Shown here: positions 17,163 through 25,931 of the stretch, in pieces
Layout of the letters: every line of letters starts with the position of its first letter
How positions within the stretch are numbered: the first letter of the stretch is position 1
From: a virus
Lineage: Duplodnaviria > Caudoviricetes
IMG/VR virus record: IMGVR_UViG_3300017971_000058
Span: 1 to 55,863 of that record
Strand: one strand, 5' to 3'
Length of the DNA stretch: 55,863 nucleotides
Notes under the pieces: generated by a model
Seen by the model: only the letters and a program-made list of their open reading frames with translations
What the model was told of the DNA's origin: nothing
Database searches by the model: none
Program-made: the position numbers and the translations under genes

Positions 17163-19792
17163 GAGTCTATCGCTGCCTCGATTGCTTCGGCGCGCTTGTG
17201 CCCGCCCATCTGATCGCAGAGTAGCCTGCGCACTTGGTCGGCAGGGATGCCGTGGACAAGCGCCTGCTCGTAGACGATGCCCAGGTCCAGCTCGAACCAC
17301 CGACCTCGGCAGCCTTCGAGCGTGACCTTCTTGACCTTGCCGTTGGCGTCAACGCGAGGCTCCTTCGAGAAGCGCCGGAGCTGATTGCCAGCGGCCTTGA
17401 GGGTGATGCCGCCTTGCACCATGAGGTTGCCTTCGGCGTAGCTCTGGATGCCTGCGGCCGTGATGAACACCGAGCCGTCCTTGACGTGGACGGTGCCTCT
17501 GTTCGCGCTGCCGTGCGAAGCGTCGATGAGCTTGACGATGCAGCGAAGCACGGTCTCGGCGCCGCGCGTGGTGAGGCGCATGTCCTTCACCAACCTAGTG
17601 CTCACCTCGCCCTCGACGAGTAGCCGCCCCGAACTGGTCTGCGACACCTCGCGGTGGTCGTACAACCACTTGAGGTGGTTGGCGAGCGTGAGCTGCGATG
17701 GCCGGTCGCCCGCAACCCACCCGGCGGTGTACGCGTAGTTGCCCTTGCTCGTGAGCAGGCGCTGCGCTGCCTGACCGACCTCGATCGACAGCAGGCGCAG
17801 CTCGATGGCCTCGGTGTCGGCGTCGGTCAGGTCCCGGTTGCCGACGATCGACCGGATGATGTCCCGGTCGTTCGAGGTGAACATGATGCGCGGGTATATG
17901 TTCGCACTGAACGGGTCCGTCCGCATCTTGCGGATGGTGATGTTCCCGCCGGTCACGAGCGATCGGAAGGCTTGGTCGAGCGACAGCACCTCGGCACTGT
18001 TGATCTGTGGTACACCCTCGTCGCAGTTCACCACGGGGGACTCGAGGAGCCCGCCGTTCCACGCACCCAGCGCCTTGTGGTCGTTCGGGACCATGCTCTC
18101 GAAGCACTCAGCGAGTCCGGTGGCGAGCATGCCCTTGCCGGTGCCCGGCGCTCCGTAGAGGTTGAGGGCGCAGATGGCGCGCTTCACATCAAGCGCGTGC
18201 GAGAGCCACTCCAGCAACAGGTCGGCCTTGTCGCCGCCCATTGCATCGAGCCAGTCAGCAACACGCTGATCGAAGCAGGCGACCAGGTTCGGGTTGAGGC
18301 GATGGACCGGGACGTGCAGCCGGTCGTAGCCGGGCTCGCCGTCGATGTACGCCACCTCAGTGCGCACGCTCGCGGCGATGTCCGTGATCGGCATGGCGTG
18401 GTCGTTGATGATGTCCCGGGCGCTGCGGTTCGCCACGGACTTGCCGCGGATCTCCGTGACGGGGATGAGATCCTCCATGTCGAGGCGCCGGATCATCGGG
18501 ATGAGCAGGGAGTCGGGGCACGGGTTCAGGTTGTAGTTCCCGTCGGGGCGCATCACGTAGTGCTGCTTCCCGTCGCTGGCGATCATGCGGCGCTTGAACC
18601 ACTCCTTCGCATCGTAGTCGTCCTCCGGTACGTCGTCGGGCCGCGCGCCGCGGAGCTGATCCAGCAGTTCCCCCCGTTGCTCCTCAGCTTCCTCCTGGCG
18701 CTGCCGGTGCTCGGCACGGCGCGCGGCCAACTTCGCATCCTCCTTCGCCCACAGTCTGCACACATGGTCCCATACCACCTCGTACCAGTCCGTTGCGTTC
18801 GCCCCTCGCATCTCCCTGTCTTGGAGCTGCGCGACAGCATCGAAGAGCAGAGCATAGATACCTTCCGGAGAGGTACATGCCTCCTCGCTCATCATCCCCA
18901 CGATGCTGCCGACCATGTTGAAGACCTGGGTGTTCCAGTTCTCCTCCCCCTTCACGAGATCCCCGTGCTCGAACACGACCTTGAAGGACTCGCGCCCTTG
19001 CAACATGATCCGGGCACGCTTCACCAGTTCGGTCTTGTACTTGCGGCCGTTGTCCTTGAGTTCCTCCAGCAAGTCCCGAACCTGGTCGGGGTCGGGCTTC
19101 TCGCCCTGATAGGCGTCGGCCTCACCTTGGAGTTCGTCGGGCTGCACCTCGCCCCGCGGGACGTGCGAAGCGCAAAGCAGCGGCCCGCCCATGATGACCT
19201 CGGACTCGTAGCGACCGTACTCCTCGCGCTCGACGTGCGGCAGCCGGAATAGCCGGGTCCAGTCCTTGCACGAGTCATCCAGTTCGATGCCGAGCTTGGC
19301 GAACTCCTCGATGATCCCGAGCATCATCGCCTCGGCGTCGAGGCGTCCCGTCGGGGAATCAAGTACGTAGACGAACCTGGACCCGTGGAGCGTGGTGTAC
19401 CACGCCGTCGGTTCCAGGTAGGAGTTGCCGATGGCTTCGGACAAGTCACCAAGGAAGGACTCTAGGCCATCGGCCGACCACTCCTGCTTCTCGCCCGTAT
19501 CCAAACGAGGCAGGTCGTGATCGAAGACCAGGGCGCGAACCACGATGCGACCCCCGGCCTGTTCGAGCTGCTGGACGAAGGCCCCCTTGTTGATACGGGC
19601 GTGCAGGACTTCGCCATCCTCGTCCTCCGCGACGTAGGTCACGAAGTGCGCATCCGAGTCCCAGCGGCGAGTCAGGGCGTCCTCGAGTTCGACGGGTTCC
19701 GCGAGCACACGGCTCAGGATCTCGTCGTCGTCCAGGTCGGCCATGCGCTTGAGGCCAGGGATGCGCTTGGTCCTGAATACGGATACGTTCAT
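17159..19792 (-). CDS. Primase-polymerase / SF3-like helicase fusion
   Basis: N-terminal FDHD, YTTLHG and RLFRLP prim-pol motifs; C-terminal GAPGTGKG Walker A and NCDE Walker B. Confidence 0.85.
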   Translation of the reverse strand: MNVSVFRTKRIPGLKRMADLDDDEILSRVLAEPVELEDALTRRWDSDAHFVTYVAEDEDGEVLHARINKGAFVQQLEQAGGRIVVRALVFDHDLPRLDTGEKQEWSADGLESFLGDLSEAIGNSYLEPTAWYTTLHGSRFVYVLDSPTGRLDAEAMMLGIIEEFAKLGIELDDSCKDWTRLFRLPHVEREEYGRYESEVIMGGPLLCASHVPRGEVQPDELQGEADAYQGEKPDPDQVRDLLEELKDNGRKYKTELVKRARIMLQGRESFKVVFEHGDLVKGEENWNTQVFNMVGSIVGMMSEEACTSPEGIYALLFDAVAQLQDREMRGANATDWYEVVWDHVCRLWAKEDAKLAARRAEHRQRQEEAEEQRGELLDQLRGARPDDVPEDDYDAKEWFKRRMIASDGKQHYVMRPDGNYNLNPCPDSLLIPMIRRLDMEDLIPVTEIRGKSVANRSARDIINDHAMPITDIAASVRTEVAYIDGEPGYDRLHVPVHRLNPNLVACFDQRVADWLDAMGGDKADLLLEWLSHALDVKRAICALNLYGAPGTGKGMLATGLAECFESMVPNDHKALGAWNGGLLESPVVNCDEGVPQINSAEVLSLDQAFRSLVTGGNITIRKMRTDPFSANIYPRIMFTSNDRDIIRSIVGNRDLTDADTEAIELRLLSIEVGQAAQRLLTSKGNYAYTAGWVAGDRPSQLTLANHLKWLYDHREVSQTSSGRLLVEGEVSTRLVKDMRLTTRGAETVLRCIVKLIDASHGSANRGTVHVKDGSVFITAAGIQSYAEGNLMVQGGITLKAAGNQLRRFSKEPRVDANGKVKKVTLEGCRGRWFELDLGIVYEQALVHGIPADQVRRLLCDQMGGHKRAEAIEAAIDS

Positions 19793-19846
19793 GCGACGAG
19801 CTCGTGGTCCTGGGAGAGACGGCCGCTCCTTGATGCGACCGTACCC

Positions 19847-19875
19847 ACCCTACCTCTGTGGGGCACCCCTGTCAA
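19847..19875 (-). promoter_or_regulatory. Sigma-70-type promoter of the replication operon
   Basis: TTGACA-N17-TAGGGT. Confidence 0.55.
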
Positions 19876-20465
19876 GCGCTTCCTCCAAGTCCTATGCCCA
19901 AGTCGTGTAACCGGGCACGGAAAAACGCCTGCGCCTCCTGCCACTCGAACCCCACGGGTTGTACCGAGGCCGGGACGAGCCGCTCCAGGGAGGGGTCGTA
20001 CCAGTCCGGCAACACCCTGCGCAGCGCCTTCAATTCCCGGTGCAAAATCAAGGTGTCGTACTGCCGGACACGCCACCACACGGGGTCCTGCGAGTCGGGC
20101 AGGCCAAGCGCTTCGCGCACGACCAGCTCATAGCTGTCCTCGAACGGGCGCAGCTCAGGCACCATGTCCTTCTGTGGACTGGGGTAGTCGCCACTGTAGG
20201 TCTCATGTGCATCGTGGAAGAGCGCAGGAATGATCGCATCCTCGTCGCCTTCTACCTCAGCTATGTGCGACACCCAAACCGAATGCTCGGCCACGGAGTA
20301 GAAGCGGTCAATCTGCCCGTTGAACCGGCAGATTTTCGCGAGCCCCACCATAATGTCAGAGAGCCGGACCTGCGAGACGAAGAAGGATCCTGGCGCATAG
20401 ACGTTCACGCCGGACACGGTGGTGGTGTAAGAGTGCTTCACTACAGGATGTTCGATCGGGTCCAT
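19872..20465 (-). CDS. HD-domain deoxynucleotidase (YfbR/YfdR-like)
   Basis: LAKICRFNGQ, YSVAEHSV and LFHDAHETYSGD motifs. Confidence 0.85.
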   Translation of the reverse strand: MDPIEHPVVKHSYTTTVSGVNVYAPGSFFVSQVRLSDIMVGLAKICRFNGQIDRFYSVAEHSVWVSHIAEVEGDEDAIIPALFHDAHETYSGDYPSPQKDMVPELRPFEDSYELVVREALGLPDSQDPVWWRVRQYDTLILHRELKALRRVLPDWYDPSLERLVPASVQPVGFEWQEAQAFFRARLHDLGIGLGGSA

Positions 20466-20469
20466 AGTC

Positions 20470-21174
20470 CTAGTGCCTGGCCAGTTCGGTGATGAGGTCT
20501 TGCGCCCACTTCGGGAGCTTCTTGACGCGCCGACGCTCGGCTTGGTTGAGCTTGCGCGCAGGCTTTCGCCCGACGAACGGAGCGGTCTTGCGCCTGTGGT
20601 CTCCGAAGGTCAGCGTGATGAAGTCGTCGCCCTTGACAGGCATCTTCTCGCCCGCGGCTTGACGAACTCGCCACTCTGCGTCGATGCTTCGACGTTCCAA
20701 TTCGGCGTGCAGGTACATGCGAGCGTCCGCGCTGCCGAAGTCGCCGTCGCGAATGGCCTTGAGGTGCGGCGTGGATAGCAGCGCCATCGGGCGCGTGAAA
20801 CCCTCGGCCGACTTCCAGTTCGGGCCGAGCGTATCGCGCAGGCTGCGGATCTGGATGCCCAGTTCCTGCACCTCGCGTCTCAACGTCGAGTCGCGGTCGA
20901 TGAGCCCGTTCCATCTGTGGCGTGCGCCCGCGTGTTGCCGGGTGAGTGTATCGACCTGGCGATCGGTGTTGTCGATGTTGCTTTGCACCGCGCGCAGCTC
21001 GTCCAACACCAACTCCTCGAAGTGCTGCGTGCCGATCACCCGGCGCGCGAGCCGTTGGCAGCCTCCGACGAGGCGCTTCACCCACCGAAAGTGAGGGACG
21101 CGACCCGCGCCTAGAAGCAAGACGCAGCCCGCGGCCATCAAGAGCGCCGCCCATGCGAATAGTTCGTGGTTCAT
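20470..21174 (-). CDS. Membrane-anchored coiled-coil hypothetical protein
   Basis: N-terminal hydrophobic helix followed by a heptad region. Confidence 0.65.
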   Translation of the reverse strand: MNHELFAWAALLMAAGCVLLLGAGRVPHFRWVKRLVGGCQRLARRVIGTQHFEELVLDELRAVQSNIDNTDRQVDTLTRQHAGARHRWNGLIDRDSTLRREVQELGIQIRSLRDTLGPNWKSAEGFTRPMALLSTPHLKAIRDGDFGSADARMYLHAELERRSIDAEWRVRQAAGEKMPVKGDDFITLTFGDHRRKTAPFVGRKPARKLNQAERRRVKKLPKWAQDLITELARH

Positions 21175-21176
21175 GT

Positions 21177-21575
21177 TCAGTCCCCTTCGGAGGTCGCCTT
21201 TTCGAGGGCCTCCTTCGTGCGGTTGAGTTCCTTGGTGATTCGATCGTGGTCGATCGCCAGCAACAGCATCGCCTCACAGAGGGTTTCGTTGCTGTGGGGA
21301 TCTCTGAGGTCCCCTCGTTGTCCTCCCAACGCTCGTCGTCGTTGAACGCGAACGTGCCGTCCCCGTTGTCCACGAGCAGTGTTCCTGTCGAAGTAGATGG
21401 TGTCCTGCTCGATCCAGGACAGGTCGCCGAGCGCGTCGGGCTTGGCCGATTCGAGATGGAGGATGGTGCTCCAGTTGGAAGACCCTTGAGCGACCACGCG
21501 AATGCCTGCGGTCTTGGTGGTCTCGCAGAACAAGACCTTCCGCGCGCCGATGGCGAGGTTGAGCGAGGTCTTCAT
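21177..21575 (-). CDS. Hypothetical protein
   Basis: ATG 21575 with GGAGGA RBS; internal segment with atypical codons (see findings). Confidence 0.55.
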   Translation of the reverse strand: MKTSLNLAIGARKVLFCETTKTAGIRVVAQGSSNWSTILHLESAKPDALGDLSWIEQDTIYFDRNTARGQRGRHVRVQRRRALGGQRGDLRDPHSNETLCEAMLLLAIDHDRITKELNRTKEALEKATSEGD

Positions 21576-21577
21576 GT

Positions 21578-21937
21578 TCAGTCCTCCAGCTCGAAGATGT
21601 GCGCCGAGCCCGTGACCTTTCCGGCCACGGTCTTGGTGGTCTTGCCCATGAGTTCCTTGAGCATCTGCTCGCGGAGGATCTTCTCCCGCGTCGCGTGGTT
21701 GATGCGAGAGAGCAGCGCCCCGCACATCTTCTGCCACGGGACGCTGGCGGCGACCTCGGCCTCGTGGTCCTCGCCGACCTTGATGTTGTACTCGAGCCAC
21801 AGCGGAACCTGGCCGCTGTACTCGCCAGGCGCGATCTCGCCACGTACGTCCTTGGCGGTGTTGCTGCTGGCCATGTTCAGGTGGCCGAGGCGGGAGAGGG
21901 CTAGGAGATCGACTGCTGATGTTTCCTTGGTAGCCAT
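21578..21937 (-). CDS. Hypothetical protein
   Basis: MATKETSAV...; AAGGA RBS, downstream of a promoter. Confidence 0.65.
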   Translation of the reverse strand: MATKETSAVDLLALSRLGHLNMASSNTAKDVRGEIAPGEYSGQVPLWLEYNIKVGEDHEAEVAASVPWQKMCGALLSRINHATREKILREQMLKELMGKTTKTVAGKVTGSAHIFELED

Positions 21938-21980
21938 GATTCGTGTCCTTGGTCTGGTGTTGGAGTCCGATTCTGCGAGC

Positions 21981-22008
21981 ACTATATCCTCTCAGGAGCG
22001 AGAGTCAA
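21981..22008 (-). promoter_or_regulatory. Sigma-70-type promoter
   Basis: TTGACT-N16-TATAGT with an upstream T-tract. Confidence 0.55.
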
Positions 22009-22041
22009 GTGCTATCCCGAAAAAATCCGCGGGGTCGAAAT

Positions 22042-22695
22042 TCAGGCCCTGCGCCTGTCGATCACCCACGCCCGCTGGCTCACCAGGGAGCGTGCCTGGA
22101 ACACGGCGTCCCCCAGGCCGTCGTGCTTCGTGATGTCCTCGGAGCGGCCCTCGGCGGCCTCCTTCGGGCGCCAGCCCATGCTGACGGCCAGGTCGAACAT
22201 GGTGCGGCAGCAGCGCGACTGGCGGAAGCTCACGACCTTGTGGAAGTCCAGGCCGTACCGCTCGTACGCTTGCCGGACGATCATCTCGTCGAAGGTCGGG
22301 CCGTTGCTCCAGAGCCGTACGCTGTTGCGGCCGTAGCTCACCTGAGCGATCCAGAGCGAGAGCGTCTCCAGCGCTTCGCCGAGAGGCATGCGCTCGCTCA
22401 TGGCGAGTCCTCGCTGCCCTTCGGGTTGGTGTCCAAGGACAGCCGACCGTGCCTCGTCGGACTGCTTGAGCCACCACTCGACGGTACTGGCGTTGAGCAC
22501 GCCCGGGTGTCGGGACCTGGACAGGTCCACGCAGATGCGCAGGCCCTGACCCGAAGCCTCCAGCGACTCGGGCGTGTGGTTGAGAGTCGGGTTGTCGCCG
22601 TCGGCGTTGAACGCGACCGCGCCGATCTGGACGATGGCAGCGTGCGTGCCGACGCCGAAGGTCTCGATGTCGAGCATGATGTCGGTGAATTTCAT
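22042..22695 (-). CDS. DEDDh 3'-5' exonuclease (exonuclease VIII/Rv2179c-like)
   Basis: MLDIET, WSNGPTFD and HDGLGDA motifs. Confidence 0.85.
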   Translation of the reverse strand: MKFTDIMLDIETFGVGTHAAIVQIGAVAFNADGDNPTLNHTPESLEASGQGLRICVDLSRSRHPGVLNASTVEWWLKQSDEARSAVLGHQPEGQRGLAMSERMPLGEALETLSLWIAQVSYGRNSVRLWSNGPTFDEMIVRQAYERYGLDFHKVVSFRQSRCCRTMFDLAVSMGWRPKEAAEGRSEDITKHDGLGDAVFQARSLVSQRAWVIDRRRA

Positions 22696-23105
22696 GATTC
22701 GGTTCCTTGGTTGTCGAGTTCCCCGCGCATCTGGTAGAGCGCACGGATCACGGAGATGAACGTCAGTGCCTCGGACTCGCTGCGAAGGACCACGCCGTCG
22801 TCATTCAGGATCATCAGGCCGGTCGCGGTCAGTTGCCCTTCGATGAGCGGCTCTTCGATCTCGTCGGGGTCGGTGGTGTTCGCCTCGTCGTCATTCTCGC
22901 GCTGGTCATAGACCAGCACCTTCTCCTCCTCGCGCTCTTCCGTGCCTGCCACGGGCAGGCCCCAGAAGTAGATCGTGCCTCGCACTACGGAGTAGAAGAT
23001 GGTCACGTACGGATGGTCAGCGCCTTGCTCGGACAGCGACACAGCCGCCGCACATTGGCTCGGGCTCTTGGGCGGGCCCGCGGGTTCGTCCTTGGTGCAG
23101 ATCAT
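22692..23105 (-). CDS. Hypothetical acidic protein
   Basis: MICTKDEP...; overlap coupling to neighbours. Confidence 0.6.
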   Translation of the reverse strand: MICTKDEPAGPPKSPSQCAAAVSLSEQGADHPYVTIFYSVVRGTIYFWGLPVAGTEEREEEKVLVYDQRENDDEANTTDPDEIEEPLIEGQLTATGLMILNDDGVVLRSESEALTFISVIRALYQMRGELDNQGTES

Positions 23106-23182
23106 AGTAGGTCTCCCTTCCTCCTCCGGCGTTCGATGAGGGCGCCCGCGATCACGAGCGCCATGATGATGAGGGTCTCCAT
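23102..23182 (-). CDS. Small membrane peptide (26 aa)
   Basis: METLIIMALVIAGALIERRRRKGDLL fills the gap and has an ATGA overlap. Confidence 0.4.
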   Translation of the reverse strand: METLIIMALVIAGALIERRRRKGDLL

Positions 23183-23188
23183 GTCGAG

Positions 23189-23338
23189 TCACTTCTTGGT
23201 GATGGTGAGCTTCAAGGTGCGGATCTCGACAAGGCGACCGACGGCGCTGATCGCCCAGCAGCAGCCGAGAGCTGCGGCCCAAGGTATCCACCCCACGGCG
23301 GCCGTGATGCACAGCCCTACCTGGACGAGCAACATCAC
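23189..23338 (-). CDS. Small membrane protein
   Basis: Hydrophobic 49-aa ORF with GTGA overlap. Confidence 0.45.
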   Translation of the reverse strand: MMLLVQVGLCITAAVGWIPWAAALGCCWAISAVGRLVEIRTLKLTITKK

Positions 23339-23625
23339 ACCCACCCCCGGTTGCGGGCGAGCTCGTACTCGGCCTCGTTCAGCGAGGCGATCCTCGCGAC
23401 TCGAGTGTTGGGGTTGAGGCGCCTGGTGAAGTAGCTCCGGCCGAGCTTGCGCTTGACGGCCCACTCGTCCGCGTCCAGGTGCATCTCGTTGCGCGTGGGC
23501 GTGCGGTCGCCGACGCTCTGGAACATCGGGCCGAAGACCTTGGCGGCCGAGCGGAAGGCGCTCTTGAGCGTGCTCAGGAAGCCCAGGCGTCGGCGGTTGG
23601 ATGAAGGGTTCGGTCGCTCGTTCAT
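23335..23625 (-). CDS. Hypothetical basic protein
   Basis: MNERPNPSS...; AAGGA RBS. Confidence 0.55.
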   Translation of the reverse strand: MNERPNPSSNRRRLGFLSTLKSAFRSAAKVFGPMFQSVGDRTPTRNEMHLDADEWAVKRKLGRSYFTRRLNPNTRVARIASLNEAEYELARNRGWV

Positions 23626-23629
23626 GTGG

Positions 23630-23845
23630 TCAGTCCTTGTCCTTGGTGTTGGCCTTGTGCTGCGCACGCATGGCGCTCGCAGCCTCCGGGATCACGCGAT
23701 CCACGGCGTAGTCGTAGGCGCTCTTGTAGGTGGAGCAGGCGGTCTCCCAGTGCTCGTCGCACAGTCCTGCCCCCATGAAGATCATGTCCGGTTCGTTCCC
23801 GCACCGCTTCCAGCAGCAGCGGTCCCTGATATCCTTCTTACTCAT
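23630..23845 (-). CDS. Small Cys/His (Zn-binding) protein
   Basis: CCWKRC...GLCDEH pattern. Confidence 0.6.
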   Translation of the reverse strand: MSKKDIRDRCCWKRCGNEPDMIFMGAGLCDEHWETACSTYKSAYDYAVDRVIPEAASAMRAQHKANTKDKD

Positions 23846-24152
23846 CGGACCACTCGTAGAAGTACCCGTAGCGGCGCTCGAAAATCCGGCCGCGTACTTC
23901 GCGGCTCCACTTCACGGCCTCGGCGGTGCGCTCGGGCGTGTGCTCCATCTCGGCGAGCCTGGCGAACCCTTCCGGATCCTCGGCTCGCAGATCGTCCTCG
24001 GTGATGCTCCAGTAGTTGAGCGAGTCCACATTGATCTCGTCGGTGCCTCCACGCTGCTCGATGTGCTGCACGCAGTCCTCGAACTGGTCGAGCATGCACA
24101 GACCAGCGACAGCAGCGGCCACGAAGAAGACCAGGAGTAGTAGGTATCTCAT
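23838..24152 (-). CDS. Hypothetical protein with signal peptide/TM anchor
   Basis: MRYLLLLVFFVAAAVAGLC N-terminus. Confidence 0.6.
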   Translation of the reverse strand: MRYLLLLVFFVAAAVAGLCMLDQFEDCVQHIEQRGGTDEINVDSLNYWSITEDDLRAEDPEGFARLAEMEHTPERTAEAVKWSREVRGRIFERRYGYFYEWSDE

Positions 24153-24673
24153 TGTGCCTTGTCCTTGTGCTCAGTCTTGTTCATGTAGCATGCCACGTCC
24201 GCGGCGTCGGCATCCTTGCCGATGCCCGCGCTGGCAGTCACCACTCCGTCCTTGGAGGTCCAAGCCCGGATGGCCTCCTTGATGCGTCGCGCTCCGGAGC
24301 GCGTCTCTGTCCAGATCGTGAACTCGTCGCCGCCAGTGCGCGCAGCGAGGATGTCCCGTGCGCGCATGTCGTGGTGACGAGTGTTCTCCATGAGGAAGTC
24401 GGCGAACTCGACGAGGATCTCATCGCCGTACGCATGGCCGCAACCAGGCCGGTCCTGTGCTGCCTTGAAGTCGTTGAGGTCAGCGACCACGTACCAGCCC
24501 CAGTCCCGTCCTCGAGTCCGACGTTCCAGTCCTCGCCGGTTCAGCAGTCCAGTCAGGTCGTTCGTGTCTGCCGCCATCATGTGCTGGTCGGCACGCTCCT
24601 CTGCCTCACGCAGCGCCTCCTTCATCGCCACGAACGTGGTCTTGGTTAGAGCGTCGAGTTCGTCGTCGTTCAC
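24149..24673 (-). CDS. GGDEF-domain diguanylate cyclase
   Basis: DLTGLLNRRG, ADLNDFKAAQD, GHAYGDEIL, ARTGGDEF, TASAGIG and ADVACY motifs, preceded by a short coiled coil. Confidence 0.9.
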   Translation of the reverse strand: MNDDELDALTKTTFVAMKEALREAEERADQHMMAADTNDLTGLLNRRGLERRTRGRDWGWYVVADLNDFKAAQDRPGCGHAYGDEILVEFADFLMENTRHHDMRARDILAARTGGDEFTIWTETRSGARRIKEAIRAWTSKDGVVTASAGIGKDADAADVACYMNKTEHKDKAQ

Positions 24674-24948
24674 GTCAGTTCCTCTGGCATGTAGTCAGGG
24701 ATGTGCAGCCCCGCAAAAGGGTCGTCGCCTTGCGCCCTGCTCGTGGCCTCGTCGCGCAGCCTGCGCATCCCCTCAAGTATGATCGTGAAGCTCTGGAGGA
24801 AGGACTTGTACATCGCCTCCGCTCCGGGAGGGTACTCGTCGTGCTTCTCCCTGTAGCGCATCATGCGCCTGGAGTAGAGTTGGTGCTCCTCCACCAGCTT
24901 GCGGTACTGCTCGATCAGGACTCGAGCCCGCTCTTCGATGCTGCTCAT
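24670..24948 (-). CDS. Hypothetical helical protein
   Basis: MSSIEERARV...; overlap coupling. Confidence 0.6.
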   Translation of the reverse strand: MSSIEERARVLIEQYRKLVEEHQLYSRRMMRYREKHDEYPPGAEAMYKSFLQSFTIILEGMRRLRDEATSRAQGDDPFAGLHIPDYMPEELT

Positions 24949-25328
24949 TGTAGTCCGTCCCAGATGGCGCGCACGCGGAAGGTGTCGATGCGGAACTCCT
25001 CGGCCACGGCCCACGCAGGCTTGTGGCCCTCGGCCAGCACGATCTCGTCACGCTCGTACCTGGAGAGCACGCGGTCGCGCTCTCCAGGTACGTGCCCAGG
25101 CTCCCACTCCTCATCCCCATACGTCCAGCGCATGGGTTCGTCGATGGTGTAGGTCTCGCCGTTGAGATCGTACACGATGTCCTCACCAGATCGACGGCCC
25201 TCGTGGACGTATGGGTGGGCCTTCCCATTGGTGGTTGTCCAGGACCGGACACGGCCAGCCGTGCTCACCTCGTAGCCCTCCAGCTCAGGGCTCGGGGCTG
25301 CCGTCCAGGCTTCTTCTTGGAGGTTCAT
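24945..25328 (-). CDS. NUMOD4-motif protein with C-terminal HTH-like region, no HNH motif
   Basis: W...LEGYEVSTAGRVRS NUMOD4 motif; C-terminal AWAVAEEFRIDTFRVRAIW. Confidence 0.6.
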   Translation of the reverse strand: MNLQEEAWTAAPSPELEGYEVSTAGRVRSWTTTNGKAHPYVHEGRRSGEDIVYDLNGETYTIDEPMRWTYGDEEWEPGHVPGERDRVLSRYERDEIVLAEGHKPAWAVAEEFRIDTFRVRAIWDGLQ

Positions 25329-25335
25329 GATACGT

Positions 25336-25363
25336 ACCATATCGCGTCCAGTCCTGGAGTCAA
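25336..25363 (-). promoter_or_regulatory. Sigma-70-type promoter, probably giving a leaderless mRNA
   Basis: TTGACT-N16-TATGGT, with ATG 25328 only 7 nt downstream of the -10 box. Confidence 0.5.
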
Positions 25364-25390
25364 GTATTTTCGGGTCTTTCTTCTGAGAGC

Positions 25391-25639
25391 CTACCAGTCC
25401 GGGCCATAAATGCCCACTAGGTCGGCGTAGCAGCGGGTCGAGCAGGCCCAGGGCCGCGGGTCGCCCTCCTTGGTCGGCTTCCCGCAGGACTGGCACGTCC
25501 CGATCGAGTCGGGCTCGTCGGCGATGGCCCGGTCCAGGGCCTCCGCGACCTTGGTGTTGATGGTCTGCTCCGGCTGGAGCTTGGAAGGGTCGAACGCTCC
25601 CAACCATCTCATGAAATTCGGTCTGTAGGAAGGACTCAT
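25391..25639 (-). CDS. Small Zn-finger protein
   Basis: CQSC...CSTRC motif. Confidence 0.55.
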   Translation of the reverse strand: MSPSYRPNFMRWLGAFDPSKLQPEQTINTKVAEALDRAIADEPDSIGTCQSCGKPTKEGDPRPWACSTRCYADLVGIYGPDW

Positions 25640-25749
25640 GATTGCTCCTGGTCGTGGTACTCCCGCACCGAGGCCCGCGCCAGAGCGACGCACTTGCCAA
25701 CGGCGAGGGTCAGGATCGCAAGGAATGTGATGCAGACTACTGCGTCCAT
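25636..25749 (-). CDS. Small membrane peptide
   Basis: MDAVVCITFLAILTLAVG...; GGAGG RBS. Confidence 0.5.
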   Translation of the reverse strand: MDAVVCITFLAILTLAVGKCVALARASVREYHDQEQS

Positions 25750-25931
25750 GATTCCTCCGGGGCTGCAATTCGTGCCCAGCAAGCAGGACTCATGTAAGGT
25801 TGGCCGTTCTTGTCTTTCCACTGTTGGTCTTGCGACGAGAAGCGGACCACTCCATAGCTCCACCCATCCATGCTCTTCCACGCTGCCAGCAGCAGCACGT
25901 TCACAGGAGGGTTTCCTTTCTGCCAGTACAT
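25737..25931 (-). CDS. Small Trp-rich protein (DUF551-like)
   Basis: MYWQKGNPP...VLL...CWARI; TGATG coupling. Confidence 0.5.
   Translation of the reverse strand: MYWQKGNPPVNVLLLAAWKSMDGWSYGVVRFSSQDQQWKDKNGQPYMSPACWARIAAPEESWTQ

Noticed and set aside
7700-20465. 2-aminoadenine (Z-genome) pathway
   Set aside because: DUF5664-like, HD hydrolase and PolA genes are present, but no PurZ/adenylosuccinate synthetase-like ORF was found.
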